Shown: positions 1 to 14,235, counted from the first letter of the stretch. The stretch: DNA of 64,000 bases from Octopus vulgaris (GCA_951406725.2 OX597840.1:15004001-15068000), one strand, 5' to 3'. Notes: generated by a model not told the origin, from the letters alone. Program-made: numbers and translations.

Positions 1-149
1 GTGAAGGCCACTCTCTTGCAAGCACTCAAGCCAGGTCTCCAGTTTGCATAAAGTCCATCCCACTTACTCTCACATGTCCCTAAGGCTCCGATAAAAATAA
101 AGAGTGTTGGATGCGGGCCCTCACTTCCTGTTTTTGTAGTCAATTGACC

Positions 150-575
150 TGTTAGAAACAGCTGTCAAATCACACTTTCTACCATCTTTGGAAAAGTTCA
201 AAACACTTATGATGATGGATTCCAAGATACACTATGCCTGACAACATGAAGATGGAATGGTCGTGGTGGGAGTGCCTGTGATTGTACATTTGCTGAATCA
301 AGACTGACCTGGGCTAAACAACAACTGCAAATCAGCTATAAGGCTTCTAAACAGTTGCTTAACCTGCTAAAAATAGTAGTTAAATCTCCGTCAAATTGCA
401 CAGTGCCAGCTTAAAGAAAGGAAGGGCACATTTCATAAATTAATCCTAGATACACAATGCCTCACAGAGAATGTTTGATATAAGGAAAGAATGTTTGGGA
501 GGATGGTCATGAGCGGAACATCTTTGATCATGCATGTGTTCTCGGTCAGGGTTGACCTGGAGCTTAGCAACGAAA
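150..575 (+). repeat. Two copies of an old interspersed repeat (also at about 2975-3500, 4740-4825, 12960-13110, 33690-33970, 43980-44180 and 48400-48500)
   Basis: Recurrent gatggtcatg.ctggaat.cctttgatcat...ctgacctgggctaaacaacaac terminus. Confidence 0.6.
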
Positions 576-859
576 CAACTGCAATGGTGGCGACGATATC
601 AAAGATAATAAGAACCACAGTAACAACCACAACAACATCAAAGACAACAGCAGCAACATCAACATCAAAGATAACAACAACAATACTAATATGAAGAGTT
701 AGCAATGCAGACATTAATCTCAACATTTCATATATAAATTGTCCTGTGAGAGAAGAATCGCTTCTAAAGTAAAAAGTCATATTGACTGAAATAGAAATAG
801 ATTTCCTTTTGTGGAGGGCATTAAAAGATTGGATGGTTGTGGGGGGAGAGGCATTTTCC

Positions 860-962
860 TCTGTATGTGCATAATTCTGTGCATTTACTGTATATATTTG
901 TACATCGAAGTATATATATGTATATACATATATGCGTGTGTGTATTTATGTATATGCATTTG

Positions 963-1006
<44 letters not shown>

Positions 1007-1460
1007 CATCTGTATATATATATTTATATATATATATGTATATATATATGTATATACATCTGTATGTATATATATTTATATATATATATATACGTATATA
1101 CATATGGATATATATATGTGTTTGTGTATGTATGTATGTATGTATGTATATATATATATGTATATATATATATATACACACACACGCACACACTTATATA
1201 TATATACAGAGAGTATTGATAAAATTGATAGACAGATAAATAGATAGATATAAAGGTGTATAGATATATAGATTTATATATATATATATATATATATGCA
1301 TGTCCATCTACGCACACACACACACACACACCCACACACATATACACTGTCATGTACACATACTCAAATACACTCAAATTTACACAGGTAGACATATGTA
1401 TATGCAGTTACTCATGTACACACATGCACACACACATACACACACACACACACATATTAA
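860..1460. repeat. Compound (TA)/(TG)/(CA)/(TATG) microsatellite, representative of many (e.g. 5330-5700, 18600-19220, 25620-25980, 37890-38100, 50775-51210, 54215-55070, 59270-59700)
   Basis: Directly visible; these tracts generate the YI/CV/HT-rich ORFs in the track. Confidence 0.97.
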
Positions 1461-1896
1461 TAGGCTTTAAATGAGATTCTTTAATTGTTAAGCCATTGTA
1501 GTTTATACTTGATCTGTATTGTTTTATATTTGGTTTCTATTTTAGTCCTTATTATATTCTCTTATATTCTGTTGTTGTTCAACTGAAGTCTCGACATTTG
1601 TTTCGCTGCTGTTTGTGATGATGGCTTCACCAAGGAACAGAACCGCTGCCAATTTACTTCAAATGGAATCTAGAATTGTAAGCAATTACACAAGACTTAA
1701 TGGCAGTTTTGGTTTCACCGCTAATTAACGAGCAACTGATAGACAGCGTTTCTAAACAGTGGTGGTGGGGGGGAAAAACATACAGTGGGGGGAAGGGTCA
1801 GGCATCATTATTCAGGGTTGATAGAAATAAGAGCTAAAAAAAATGCTCTCTTTATTCTGTTTAAAAAGGGAAGGACATTTTGGTATACAATGTTGT

Positions 1897-1927
<31 letters not shown>

Positions 1928-1928
1928 T

Positions 1929-2295
1929 GGAGTGGCTGTGTGGTAAGTAGCTTGCTTGCCATCCACATGGCTCCAGGTTCATTCCCACTGTGTGGCACCT
2001 TGGGCAAGTCTCTTCTACTATAGCTTTAGGCCAACCAAAGCCTTGTGAGTGGATTTCACAGACGGAAACTGAAAGAAGCCCGTCATATATATGTGTGTAT
2101 GTTTGTGTGTCTGTGTTTGTCCCCCCAACATCACTTAACAACCAGTGGTGGTATGTTTACATCCCCATAACTTAGCGGTACAAAAAAGGGGTCAGTTTGC
2201 TTGACTAAAGGTGGTGCCCCAGCATGGCCGCAGTAATATGACTGAAACGAGTAAAAGAGTAAAAGTATATGCATATATGTATGTATGTATGTATG

Positions 2296-2350
<55 letters not shown>

Positions 2351-2555
2351 TTGTGTGTCTGTGTTTGTCCCACCAACATCGGTTGACAACTGATGCTGGT
2401 GTGTTCATGCCCCTGTAACTTAGTGGTTCAGCAAAAGAGACCAATAGAATAAGTACTAGGCTTACAAAGAATAAGGCCTGGGGTCAATTTACTTGACTAA
2501 AGGCAGTGCTCCAGCATGGCAACAACCAAATGACTGCTGAAACAGATAAAAGAAA
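1929..2555 (+). mobile_element. SINE family A plus a second 3' half
   Basis: Same head, body and tail as 7057-7505. Confidence 0.8.
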
Positions 2556-2906
2556 GAAATATATGTATATATGCATGCACACACACACACACATACACAC
2601 ACACATACACTTACACACACACACACATATATATAAGAGCACTCTATTGGTTACGATGATGAGGGTCCCAGTTGATAAGATCAACAGAACAACTTGCTCG
2701 TTAAATTAACATGCAAGTGGCTGAGCAATTCACACACAGATGGTCGATAAATTAGGTACAAGTTACACACTGCGGTCGATGTAATCAACTTTAATCCCTT
2801 TGTTTGTCCTTGTTTGTCCCCTCTGTGTTTAGCCCCTTATGGGCAATAAAGAAATAAGAAATAAGACAGGCTATCATGCACTGATGGGGTGGGGTGACAC
2901 AGACAT

Positions 2907-2937
<31 letters not shown>

Positions 2938-4274
2938 CATATACGTACATATATATATATATATAATATCTGCTGAAAAGGTCATGTTTGGAATGTCTTT
3001 GTTCATAGGTCTACCCAGATCAGGTTTGACCTAAGTGCTTAAACAGCAACAGCAATCTAAATGTTGTTGTCCTTATTTAACCTCAGGACAACTCTAATTG
3101 AACATGTCTATGATTAAAGACTTTCCAGCCTCGACCATCACCTCTTTTTATGGGTGTCTAAGACTACATTATCCAGTGTCTTATTTCCTTTTTCTGTTTT
3201 TCTCAAATGGTTTTGTGATTTAATGGTTACTTCTTGTAAGCCATCAGATCCAATGAAATGCTCCATTATTTTCATGGGAACTAGTTCTGTGTTCCATCAT
3301 GTTGGTGTTGTTGTTCTTTAGCTCTAGGTCAGCCTTAACTGAGGAAGCCCAGTAGTCAAACACCTTCATACCACAACCATTCCATATTATCATCAAGAAC
3401 TACATTATCTAAAAGTCATCATTCCATGTTTTTTCTCTTAAGACATCAAGGTATGATTTAAGGGAGATTTGTCTGCTATTTTTAGCAGGTTGAGTGACCA
3501 CAAAAAGACACCTTCATTGACTCAAAATGGCTATAGTAGTAGTAGTGTTGCTTTCATAAAGTGTATATCTAGGGTCCAAAGTTTTAGGGATTGATTTCTT
3601 CTCCTGTAAATCTGATGAAGAATCATAGTTACCCTACTTTCTCCCAACTGTTAATCTTTATCCTTATTAAGCCATAAAAACGCAAGGGTCAGTGATGATG
3701 TCTTAGGCTGTTAATTTATGTTAATCCTCCTTTTAACCAAACCTTTATCAGATTCTGAGTCTGGAATGTTCTACTCAATAATGTTTGGTATTGGCTTTAA
3801 GAAGGGCCTTCAGCCATAAAAACCAAACCAAAACAGCCTATGGAATCAGGTGCAGCCCCTGGCCAGTCCCTGCCAGACCATCCAACCCATGCCAGCATGA
3901 AAAACAGATGATAAATGTTGATGATTTCAAGAGAAATCTCTTGGTGCCTAACACAGATTTATTTTGGTAGGGAGATGGACATGATGATTTAGAAGATATA
4001 GAGGGAGGCACTCTGACCCCAAATATGTGGAACCCCAGATATATACCCCATGAAAATTAGATCTGATCTGTTGGTTGTTATCCTGTGACTTGTGGGATAT
4101 CAATAGAATTAAAATACAATCTTAGAAAACAATAGTAAGGTGGTGAACTGGCAGAACTGTTATGGTACGAGGCAGAATACTTAGTGGCGTTCTGTCCGTC
4201 TTTACATCTTGAGTTCAAGTGCCATGAAGGTCGACTGCCTTTCATCCTTTTGGGATGGATAAAGCACCATTCAT

Positions 4275-4572
4275 GCATGGGTCATTGCCAGAACTGCCTG
4301 ACTGGCTCCCTGTGCCAGTGACATGTGAAAAGCAGCATCCGAACGTGGCCGATGCCAATGCTGCTTGACTGGCTCCCAATCCAGTGGCACATAAAAAGCA
4401 CTCACTGCACTCTCAGAGTGGTTAGCATTAAGAAGGGCATCCAGCTGTAGAAACAATGCCAGATCAGATTGGAGCCTGGGGCAGCCTCCTGCCTTGCCAG
4501 TCCCCAGTCAAACCGTCCAACCCATGCCAGCATGGAAAACGGATGTTAAACGATGACAATGATGATGATGAT
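4275..4572 (+). mobile_element. RTE 3'-end fragment; similar pieces at about 3790-3925, 10915-11060, 11880-12060, 23600-23875, 31730-31980, 37625-37830, 45975-46240, 47020-47330 and 52440-52642
   Basis: Shared terminus ccgtccaacccatgccagcatggaaaacggatgttaaacgatga followed by (GAT)n. Confidence 0.8.
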
Positions 4573-5374
4573 GAAAACAAGTATCAGTTGAGTACTGTAA
4601 GCAACTTATTCCCTCTTCTCAAAAATGCTGGCCTTGTGCTAAAACCTGAATGCAATATCAGGATACAATAGTCGAATCATTGAAGGAGGGAACCACCAAA
4701 AATATCATCATCATCATCATCATCGTGTCATCATCATTGTTGGAAACAGAGGGGTGGTCATGAGTGGAGTGCCTTCAATCATAGAACTACTCAATCATAA
4801 CTGACCTGAGGCTAAGCAACAACAACAATAATAATTAGGAACCACCAGTACCTCTACAAGAATAAACATATTCTATTACACAATAATAATAACACCACCA
4901 CCATATCAACATCTTCTTCACCACCACCACTAATATCATTACCTTCTTCCCCACCTCCGCTACCACCACTACCAACACTACAATCACCTCCAGCCCCGCA
5001 ACCAATATCAATATCTTCACCACTACCCCCGACACTACCACCACCATCACCTCTGTGATCATCACTATCACCACCGCTGCCACCACCACCACTACGTATC
5101 ACAACAATAAACCATATTGGCAGTGTCCAAGTGGCCAGACAAGACTCTAGACAATTCTTGCAGCTGCCATCATCGAAATCTTTGAGATTTTTCTTGGTCA
5201 GATGCCAGATTGGCAAATTAAGATTTAATGTGATTCTAATTTCAGGAATGACCAATGTGCTAAACTGGACACCAGAACGTGTGTGTGTGTGATGTGGCTT
5301 TCTTTGATTCAATGATCGGGCTTATCAAACTATATGTATAACGTATACACACACAAATATATACATATATATGC

Positions 5375-5472
<98 letters not shown>

Positions 5473-5513
5473 CATACACATACACATAAACATGACATGC
5501 ATATATCTATACA

Positions 5514-5567
<54 letters not shown>

Positions 5568-5655
5568 AGCATATATATATGTGTGTGTGTGTATATACAC
5601 ACACACACACTTGCATACATATATATATGTATACATATACATACATATATATATG

Positions 5656-5687
<32 letters not shown>

Positions 5688-6061
5688 TATTCACATACAC
5701 ACACTACGTATCCGATTCTAATTTAAGGAATAACCTTTGTGATAAACTGGACACCTTGTGTCTGTGAGCAGTGTGTGTTTGTGTGTGTGTGCTGTGCATG
5801 TGTGCTGTGTATGTGTATTATACATATATATGTGCAGATTTGTGTGTTTATACAGATGTATATACATGAATACATACACACATAGCAACATGTAGCAGTA
5901 TATCAACTCTAAATACATGTACATGTGCTTCATATAAACACTCCATGGTTGTGCATGTATCAGCTTTTACACACATATACATGAAGGTGTTTATATTAAT
6001 CCTGTGTACATGTTCACATGCGAATATTATCTGACCTTATATGTGTGTGTGTGTATATGTA

Positions 6062-7014
6062 CAGAAAGTGTTTGGGCCAAATTTGATTATTTATCAGCTC
6101 TCCTTTTTTCGGGAACAGCTTGATGTATCGATGAAAAGTCAATGGCATTAAAGAGCATGAAGATTAAATTTGCAGGTGAGAAAAAGTTAGCTGACAGGAA
6201 GGACTTGAAGCCATCTGAAAACTGGAAAAGAGTTACCTGTGTCATGATGATTCATGCTAGGTACCAAACTGCTGATACCGTGACTACAGCTCAATACTCT
6301 TTGAACACTAAAACGGGAGTAAAATGTGTGACATGGACAGCTGAAGGGGTGACTATGAAGGGTTGACCAGCAGGAAGGGACACAAACAACATTCTGGTTG
6401 AATGCTTATTGAACACTTACTAGAATTTATGCCCACATCATTGAACAGGGCTTTAAGCTCAATTCAGATGGCTACGTGAAGCTGTAGGAGATTGTGGTTA
6501 GCTGGAGAGGGTTGCTGCTGGAAGGCCATAAGCATGGCAGCAGGATTTTGCTCTTTGCCGTACCTCCATAAAGAATCAGAAGTGGTTGTCAGAGAATTTC
6601 TACAGCTTCACCAGCCTTAATTTTTGTGGCCTCCTAATTTCTATGATTTTAATCCTGCAGATTACTATGTGTGGGGTGTGATTGACAAAGACACCAACTG
6701 CCCAGCTGAGCTGGTGGCCAAGATCAGGGAGGTGTTTGAAGCTTTTCCCAGGGGCATATTAGGAATGCACATGTCAGGTTCCAGAGCAATATTGAGTCTG
6801 TGATGGAAGCTGAGGGTAGCTACTTTAAGTAAACCGTTATCTCCCTCCCATAATCTAGTTGATAATTTTTGATTTTTTAAAATACTTTTATTTTTGGATG
6901 GGATGTTGTGTTTTAGAAAATCTCTTTAAATGTCATCGACCTCTCTCTTCTCTTCTCATATTGTCTTTTCTTTTCCTTTTAATGCAAACTGTCAAATTCA
7001 ACCTGAACACCTTG
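6062..7014 (+). mobile_element. Decayed Tc1/mariner element (maT-like)
   Basis: Remnants WQQDFALC, WPPNFYDFNPADYYVWGVI and ESVMEAEGSYFK*. Degenerate TIRs gtgtttgggccaaatttga / tcaaattcaacctgaacac with TA flanks. Confidence 0.75.
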
Positions 7015-7056
7015 TATATACGTGAATGTTTATATATATATATATATATATATATA

Positions 7057-7233
7057 GGCATAGGAGTGGCTGTGGTATGTAGCTTGCTCACGAACTACAT
7101 GGTTCTGGCTTCAGTCCCACTGCATGGAACCTTGGGCAAGTGTCTTCTACTATAGCCTCGGGCCGACCAAAGCCTTGTGAGTGGATTTCGTAGAATGAAA
7201 CTGAAAGAAGCCCGTCGTATATATGTATCTATC

Positions 7234-7292
<59 letters not shown>

Positions 7293-7505
7293 ATATGTTT
7301 GTGTGTCTGTGTTTGTCCCCCCAACATCGCTTGACAACCAATGCTGGTGTGTTTACATCCCCGTAACTTAGTGGTTTGGCAAAAGACCCGATAGAATAAG
7401 TACTAGGCTTACAAAGAATAAGTTCTGTGATCGATTTGCTCAACTAAAGGCAGTGCTCGAGCATGGCCACAGTCAAATGACTAAAACAAGTAAAAGAGTA
7501 AAAGA
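7057..7505 (+). mobile_element. tRNA-derived SINE family A (full length)
   Basis: Head ggagtggctgtggt...ttcagtcccactgc, internal (TA)/(TG) microsatellite, tail gactaaaacaagtaaaagag. There are at least 15 copies or fragments in the window. Confidence 0.88.
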
Positions 7506-7519
7506 CTATATATATATAT

Positions 7520-10084
7520 ATCATCATCATCATCATCGTTTAACGTCCGTTCTCCATGCTAGCATGGGTTGGACGGTTCAACCGGGGTTCTGGGAAGCCA
7601 GAAGGCTGCACCAGGCTCCAGTCTAATCTGGCAATGTTTCTACAGCTAGATGCCCTTCCTAACGCCAACCACTCCGTGAGTGTAGTGGGTGCTTTTTACG
7701 TGCCACCTGCACAGGTGCCAGGCGAGGCTGGCAACGGCCACGGTCGGATTGGTGTATTTTATGTGCCACCGGCACGGAAGCCAGTCGAGGCGGTGCTGGC
7801 ATCGGCCACGAGTCGGATAGTGCTATTTACATACCACCAGACCAGGAATCCTGGCTGGTTCAATTCGATTTCGATTTCGCTTGCCCCAACATGTCTTCAC
7901 AAGCAAAGGGGGTTGGCATGGGTGCCTGTCGTACGGTCAGATTGGAGTATTTTACGTGCCACCGGCACGGAAGCCAGTCGACGGCGCTGGCATCGGCCAC
8001 GAGTCGGATAGTGCTTTTTACGTACCACCAGACCAGGGATCCTGGCTGGTTCAATTCGGTTTCGATTTCGATTTCGCTTGCCCCAACATGTCTTCGCAAG
8101 CAGGGGGGGGTTGGCATGGGTGTCTGTCGTCGGATGAGGTTCTATATCGACTTCGCTTGCCTCAACAGGTCTTTGTGTCCAAGGGACGAAAGGCATTCAT
8201 AAGTGGGCTGGGCTCACTTGTTCTGCCTGGTCTTCTCACGTACAGAATATTTCCAAAGGTCTCGGTCATTTCCTCAGTGAGGCCTAAAGTTCGAAGGTCG
8301 TGCTTCACCACCTCGTCCCAGGTTTTCCTGGGTCTACCTCTTCCACGGGTTCCCTCAACTGCTAGGGATTGGCATTTTCTCACACACCTATCTTCATCCA
8401 TTCTTGCCACATGACCATACCAGCGCAATCGTCTCTCTTGCACACCACAACTGATGCTTCTTAGGTACAACATTTCTCTCAAGGTGCTAATGCTCTGTCG
8501 AGTAAGTACACTGACATTACACATCCATCGGAGCATACTGGCTTCGTTCCTCACGAGCTTACGCATGTCCTCAGCAGTCACGGCCCATGTTTCACTGCCA
8601 TGTAGCATGGCTGTTCGTACACACGCATCATACAGTCTGCCTTTTACTCTGAGCGAGAGGCCTTTAGTCACCAGCAGAGGTAAGAGCTCCCTAAACTTTG
8701 CCCAGGCTATTCTTATTCTAGCAGTTACACTTTCAGCGCACCCACCCCCACTACTGACTTGGTCACCTAGATAACGGAAGCTATCAACTACTTCTAGTTT
8801 TTCCCCCTGGAAAGTGACGGAAGTTGTTTTCTGCAGATTTTCGGAGGTTAATGCTCCCGAGCATCTGCCACATACAAAAACTATCTTCCCAGTTAGCCTA
8901 CCTTTGACATTGCTGCACCTCTTATGTGTCCATAGCTTACACTGGGTACATCTTATAGAGTTTCTACCTACGCCTTTTCTACAGATCGAGCAGGGCCATC
9001 TTCCTGAAGACATTTGTGGATTGTCTACCTTCCTACTTATTAGTACTTTGGTTTTAGCTAGGTTGACTCTAAGGCCCCTCGATTCTAAACCCTCCTTCCA
9101 CACCTGGAACTTCTCCTCCAGTTCTGATAGTGACTCAGCAATAAGAGCAAGGTCGTCAGCATAGAGGAGCTCCCAGGGACAGCCTGTCTTGAATTCCTCC
9201 GTAATTGCCTGGAGTACTATGATAAATAGGAGGGGGCTGAGTACTGAACCCTGGTGGACCCCAACCTCTACTTTGAATTCTTCTGTGTACATGTTGCCAA
9301 CCCTAACCTTACTTACGGCATCTCTGTACATGGCTTGCACAGTCCTCACCAGCCATTCATCTATCCCTAGTTTCCTCATTGACCACCAGATAAGGGATCG
9401 GGGGACCCTATCAAAAGCTTTCTCCATGTCAACGAAAGCCAGGTACAGGGGCTTATCTTTGGCTAGGTATTTCTCCTGCAGCTGCCTTACCAGGAATATA
9501 GCATCAGTGGTACTTTTCCCTGGCACAAACCCAAACTGCATCTCATCTAAACTAACTCTCTCTCTAATTAGTTGGGCTATGACCCTCTCCGTAACCTTCA
9601 TTAATTGATCCAACAGCTTGATACCTCTGTAATTATTTGTATCTAGGGCATCACCTTTACCTTTGTAGCAGTTGACTAGTATGCTGCTGCACCAGTCATT
9701 GGGTATGACTCCTTCGTGTATCACCTGGTTGACTATACAGGTGACTAGGTTATAGCCGACACTGCCAGATATTTTGAGCATCTCTGCAGTAATTCCTGAT
9801 GGGCCTGGGGCTTTCCCTGTCTTCATGCTTCTAATTGCCTTAGCTACCACGGAACTATCAACTCGGATAGCTGGTCCCTCTGTTGGGTCAACATTCGGCA
9901 GACTCTCTTTATCCCATTCATTTTCTTTATTCAGCAACCTTTCATAGTGGCGCAAGTGAACCATCATCCATGCGAACACACTTCTCTCCTACCATATCAC
10001 GATTCTCTCTCACACACTGTCTTGCAACACGAAATACCTCAAGTCTTTCATCCTCACGGCTCAGAACATTGGCAAATTTTTTTT

Positions 10085-10085
<1 letters not shown>
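7520..10085 (-). mobile_element. 5'-truncated RTE-clade LINE with 3' UTR and (GAT)n tail, inserted in (TA)n
   Basis: RT ORF at 8162-9979. Further upstream linker-like coding sequence lies in another frame at about 9955-10085 (KKFANVLSREDERLEVFRVARQCVRENRDMVGEKC). The structured 3' UTR spans 7540-8200 and the tail reads (CAT)n on + at about 7521-7536. (TA)n flanks both ends and no APE domain is present. Confidence 0.93.
8162..9979 (-). pseudogene. RTE LINE reverse transcriptase ORF (truncated, frameshifted) with internal PHD-type finger
   Basis: Motifs KAPGPSGI, NYRGIKLL, QFGFVPGKST, FVDMEKAFDRV, GVHQGSVLSPLLF, LYADD, FRYLG, RRLRWYGHVARM and GRGRPRKTW. Comparison with the copy at 30.9 kb shows a 7-nt deletion near 8265 that shifts the C-terminus. 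Confidence 0.92.
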
Positions 10086-10115
<30 letters not shown>

Positions 10116-10133
10116 GTATGTATATATATATAT

Positions 10134-10545
10134 GGCGGTGAGCTAGCAGAATCGTTAGCACGCCGGGCAAAATACTTAGAGGTATTTCGTCTGCCGCTAC
10201 GTTCTGAGTTCAAATTCCGCCAAGGTCGACTTTGCCTTTCATCCTTTCAGTGTCGAGTAAATATGTACCAGTTATGCACTGGGGTCGATATAATCGACTT
10301 AATCTGTTTGTCTGTCCTTGTTTGTCCTCTCTGTGTTTAGCCCCTTGTGGGTAGTAAAGAAACTGGTATTTCGTCTGCTGTTACATTCTGTGTTCAAATT
10401 CCGTCGAGATTGACTTTGCCTTTCATTCTTTCGGGGGCGATTAAATAAGTACCAGTTAATCACTGGGGTCAATGTAATCAACTTAATCCCTTTGTCTGTC
10501 CTTGTTTGCCCCACTGTGTTTAACTCCCTGTGGGCAATAAAGAAA
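10134..10545 (+). mobile_element. tRNA-derived SINE family B (Meta-domain-like) with partial tandem copy
   Basis: A-box-like agcagaatcgttagc, B box gagttcaaattcc, and a central gactttgcctttcatccttt...taccag resembling the MetaSINE/Sauria domain. Confidence 0.82.
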
Positions 10546-11205
10546 TATATATATTTATGTCTATGCTGTGCATGTATCTGTCTGTATTTATATATCAAAG
10601 GTGGACACCATTAATCATAAAGTTAACTTCGTTAACTGTGAATCTGTTAACAAAAAAGTTCACTTCGATAACTGTTAGTCTGTTAATTATTTTCTAATGT
10701 AACAGAAGTTACCCATAAACCGTTAATCTTAATTTTTATTATAGAAAAAACAAAACATCAATTTTTTGCTATGCAGTCACATAAAAACGCCTTTAAAAAT
10801 TGCCAAACTATAAAATTCAATTGATGATGATGATGATGATCTTGATGATGATAATGATGATGACGATGGCAACGATGATGATGACGATGATACTGATGAT
10901 GATGATATTGATCATCATCAGCATTTTAAAGTCCGCTTTCCATGCTGGCATGGGTTGGACAGTTTGACTGAGAAGTAGCAAGCTGGGAGGCTTGCACCAG
11001 GCTCCAATCTGATTTGGCAGGGTATATATGGCTGGACACCAACCCTGAGAGTGTGCACCCCTGGCCCATATTTAGGAGGAAAGTAAATATGAATCGGAAT
11101 AGATTGAATCATGAATAGTGACTTCTCTTACAAATGCCAGCATGAGAAGAGATGTATTGTGGCAGTGGAGGTGATAGTGATCGTGGTTGTAATGTTGTTG
11201 TTTTG

Positions 11206-11237
<32 letters not shown>

Positions 11238-13839
11238 GGTGGGGTGTTAAATAGTAAAGAGTGATTCATAAACTAACCAACCATTCTGATTATCAAGGAG
11301 CCGAAGACAAAGTTTCTGCTGTACCCTACCACCCCGTTATGTCTGTGACATATGTGCAGATATACAGGAACATACAGTTTGATAATCCTCAAACCAAGTT
11401 ATCTCAAGATGCTGGCAGCCACTGTACAATAAGTACCGAACTCCACTGCTGTGTGATGTGTATCTAAATACAAACATAACCAGATAGGTTATAAACACCT
11501 CTCTACTGTTACTTTACATTGGTCAAGTATGTTGGAGAACCTAAGCACTTTCACTTGACTGACTCCACTGGTCAAGTGTATTTGAGAATATTAAAGTACT
11601 CAATTTAATTTGACCAACTATGTTGCTCAAGTATATTTGCGAATCTAATTACTCTGGTTTCACTAACGAAGCAGAGACTGTTTTGTTTTATATTCTTAGT
11701 ATTAGAGTGAAATAGTCTTAAAATTGTTAATATGATGTTGCTGTTAGGTTTGAATAGCTATGTGAGTTTGCTTTTCAGTGCTGTAGTCTTCAGTTCAGTC
11801 CCACTGTGCAGCACCTTGGGCCAATGTTTTCTACTCTAGCCCCTAGTCAACCCCTGGCCTTGTGAGTGAAATTATCATCATCATCTTCATCCTTTAATGT
11901 CCGTTTTCTGTACTGGCATGAGTTGGACAGTTTTGGCCTGAGCTGGCAAAGCAGGACAGCTGCACAAGGTTCCAGTGTGATTTGGCTTGGTTTTGACGAT
12001 GGATGACCTTCCTAACACTGACCACTTTACAATGTGCGCTGAGTGCTTTTAATGTGGTACCAATATGAACATGGCATGTCCTCCATGTGTGTGCATTTAT
12101 GTGTGTTTGTGTGTATGTATGTGTTTGTGTGTATGTGTTTGTGTGTGTGTTTGTGTATGTTTGTTCATGTGTGTGTATGTGTTTGTGTGTGTGTGTGTAT
12201 ATGTTTGTGTGCATGTACGTGTTTGTTCATGTGTAGGTGTATGTGTGTGTGTGTGTGTGTGTGCATGTGTATGTGTGAGAGAGAGTGTGTATGTCTTTAT
12301 CCCACCACAGCTTAACAACCAGTGTCAGTTTGTTTACACCCCTGCAACTTAGCAGTTCAGCAAAAGAAATCAAGAAAACAAGTACCAGGCTCCCAAAAAA
12401 TAAGTACTGGGGTCAATATCTTCAACTTAACCCCTCCAGGTTATTGCCTTGTCATGGCTGCAGTCCAATGATCAAGACAAATAGAAGAAACAGTAAGAGA
12501 AGACACATCTCTCCACCAAATGCTTTTATGTCCAGTAAAGAGCTGGTCATTTTTTTAAATGTATTTTACTGTGGAAAAGAGATGAAATAATAACAAGACT
12601 TTTCCATCCTATTTCCATAGTAAATTTTGTCATTATTGCTTGAGGCTGTAAAATGTGATGTATTTATGAGAGGTTTCAATAAACAATGTTATTTGATTAT
12701 GGTTGGATGAATATTAGTGACGTTGCAAGATAACACTTAACCTTTTAGACATTTCAAAATCTGTTTCACTCAGAATTAGTTTGGCTCTTCAAGATTTCAT
12801 CGACGCAATCCTGGGCCTTGCTTGCTTTTGTTTTTCTTTCCCTCTAATACACCATGCATTCAATTGTCATGGTTCGCTTGTCATTCAAGCCGTGATTGCC
12901 TCCCTTCTTGTGTTGTGTATTATATTCACAACACCTAAATGCACTTCTAAAATGGCAGAGTGAACTTTGAATGAGATTTGGCTGTTAATTCTAGGAGGCC
13001 ACAGCATTAATAAGTGACCCCTTCATTTGTTTCTTCATTGAGAAATGAAATTGGTTAGCTGTAGTTGTTCAGCCCTAGGTCAGTCTTGATCCACTAGACC
13101 TATAGTCAAAGGCAGTGCTGGGAATCAAACTCACACCCTTGCAATCATGTCCCAAATCTATTGAGCCATGCACCTTCACATGCCTTCATATATACCCACG
13201 CATAGTCACACATACATTTAAAGTCTCACACACACACATTCATATATACACAAAATACAAACACACTGATACTAATACACATAGCCACAGAAATACACGC
13301 AAAGACAGAACCACATACTTACTCACACATGCACACACACACACACACACACACACGTTTACAAATACACAAAATACACAGAAATACTAATATTTTCTCA
13401 CAGAAATACACACACATACACTCAAAGACAGAACAATGTGCATACACTGTAATATACATACTCACACATACACACATACACATGCATGCACACATAGACA
13501 TGCACATTCATATATACACAAAATACCAATTCACACACCCACAGAACTACACATGCATACACTCTAATATATATACTCACACACACACATACACACACAT
13601 GATTACAAATGCACAAAATACACAGAATACTAATACAAATACAGATAGAAATACACATGCATACACGCAAAGACAGAAACATTTGCATACACTCTAAAAC
13701 ACACACACACACACACACACAATCACAAATACACAAAATACACATAAATATTAATACACATACACACAGAAAAACAGTATCCCATGCATACACTCAAATG
13801 CACACACACACGTTTACAAATACACATACCCACAGAAAT

Positions 13840-13874
<35 letters not shown>

Positions 13875-14203
13875 ACTACTTATAGCCACACCCATCCACA
13901 CATGTATACTATGGCCCTTGTTATCATAATATCTGTCAGTACTCTCTGCTATTAAGTATCAAAGCGATTGGTCTTAACTTTATGATCTGATGACAATGAT
14001 GCATTGGTTTAGCATATATTAATAGTGACCTGGTCATAAATAGATACTTTGATATGTAACAACATTGACCTCGTTAGAGAAGGGCAAGAATAAAATGCTA
14101 ATTGAAGACAACTTAATGATAATTACTGGTGTCGGGTTTGAAGATGTATATCTGTGAGACTATAAGAACAAATACACATATACATGCCTGTGTGCACACA
14201 CAC

Positions 14204-14235
<32 letters not shown>

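Noticed and set aside
1585-1640. Minus-strand hammerhead-like UUGGUGA...GAAACAAAUGUC
   Set aside because: Two core mismatches and weak stems; at most a dead remnant.
4854-5312. 152-aa Gly-rich ORF
   Set aside because: Mostly a degenerate (CCA)n tract; the remainder has no recognisable homology.
7556-9608. Plus-strand ORFs overlapping the LINE, and similar ORFs at 62235-63519
   Set aside because: They are antisense shadows of TE coding and UTR sequence, with no recognisable motifs.
10596-10800. GTTAAC-rich segment as a hAT terminus
   Set aside because: Only one end is visible and there is no TSD, so it cannot be classified.
11520-11655. Three degenerate ~52-bp tandem units (gtcaagt.t.ttg.gaa)
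   Set aside because: An old minisatellite with no evidence of function.
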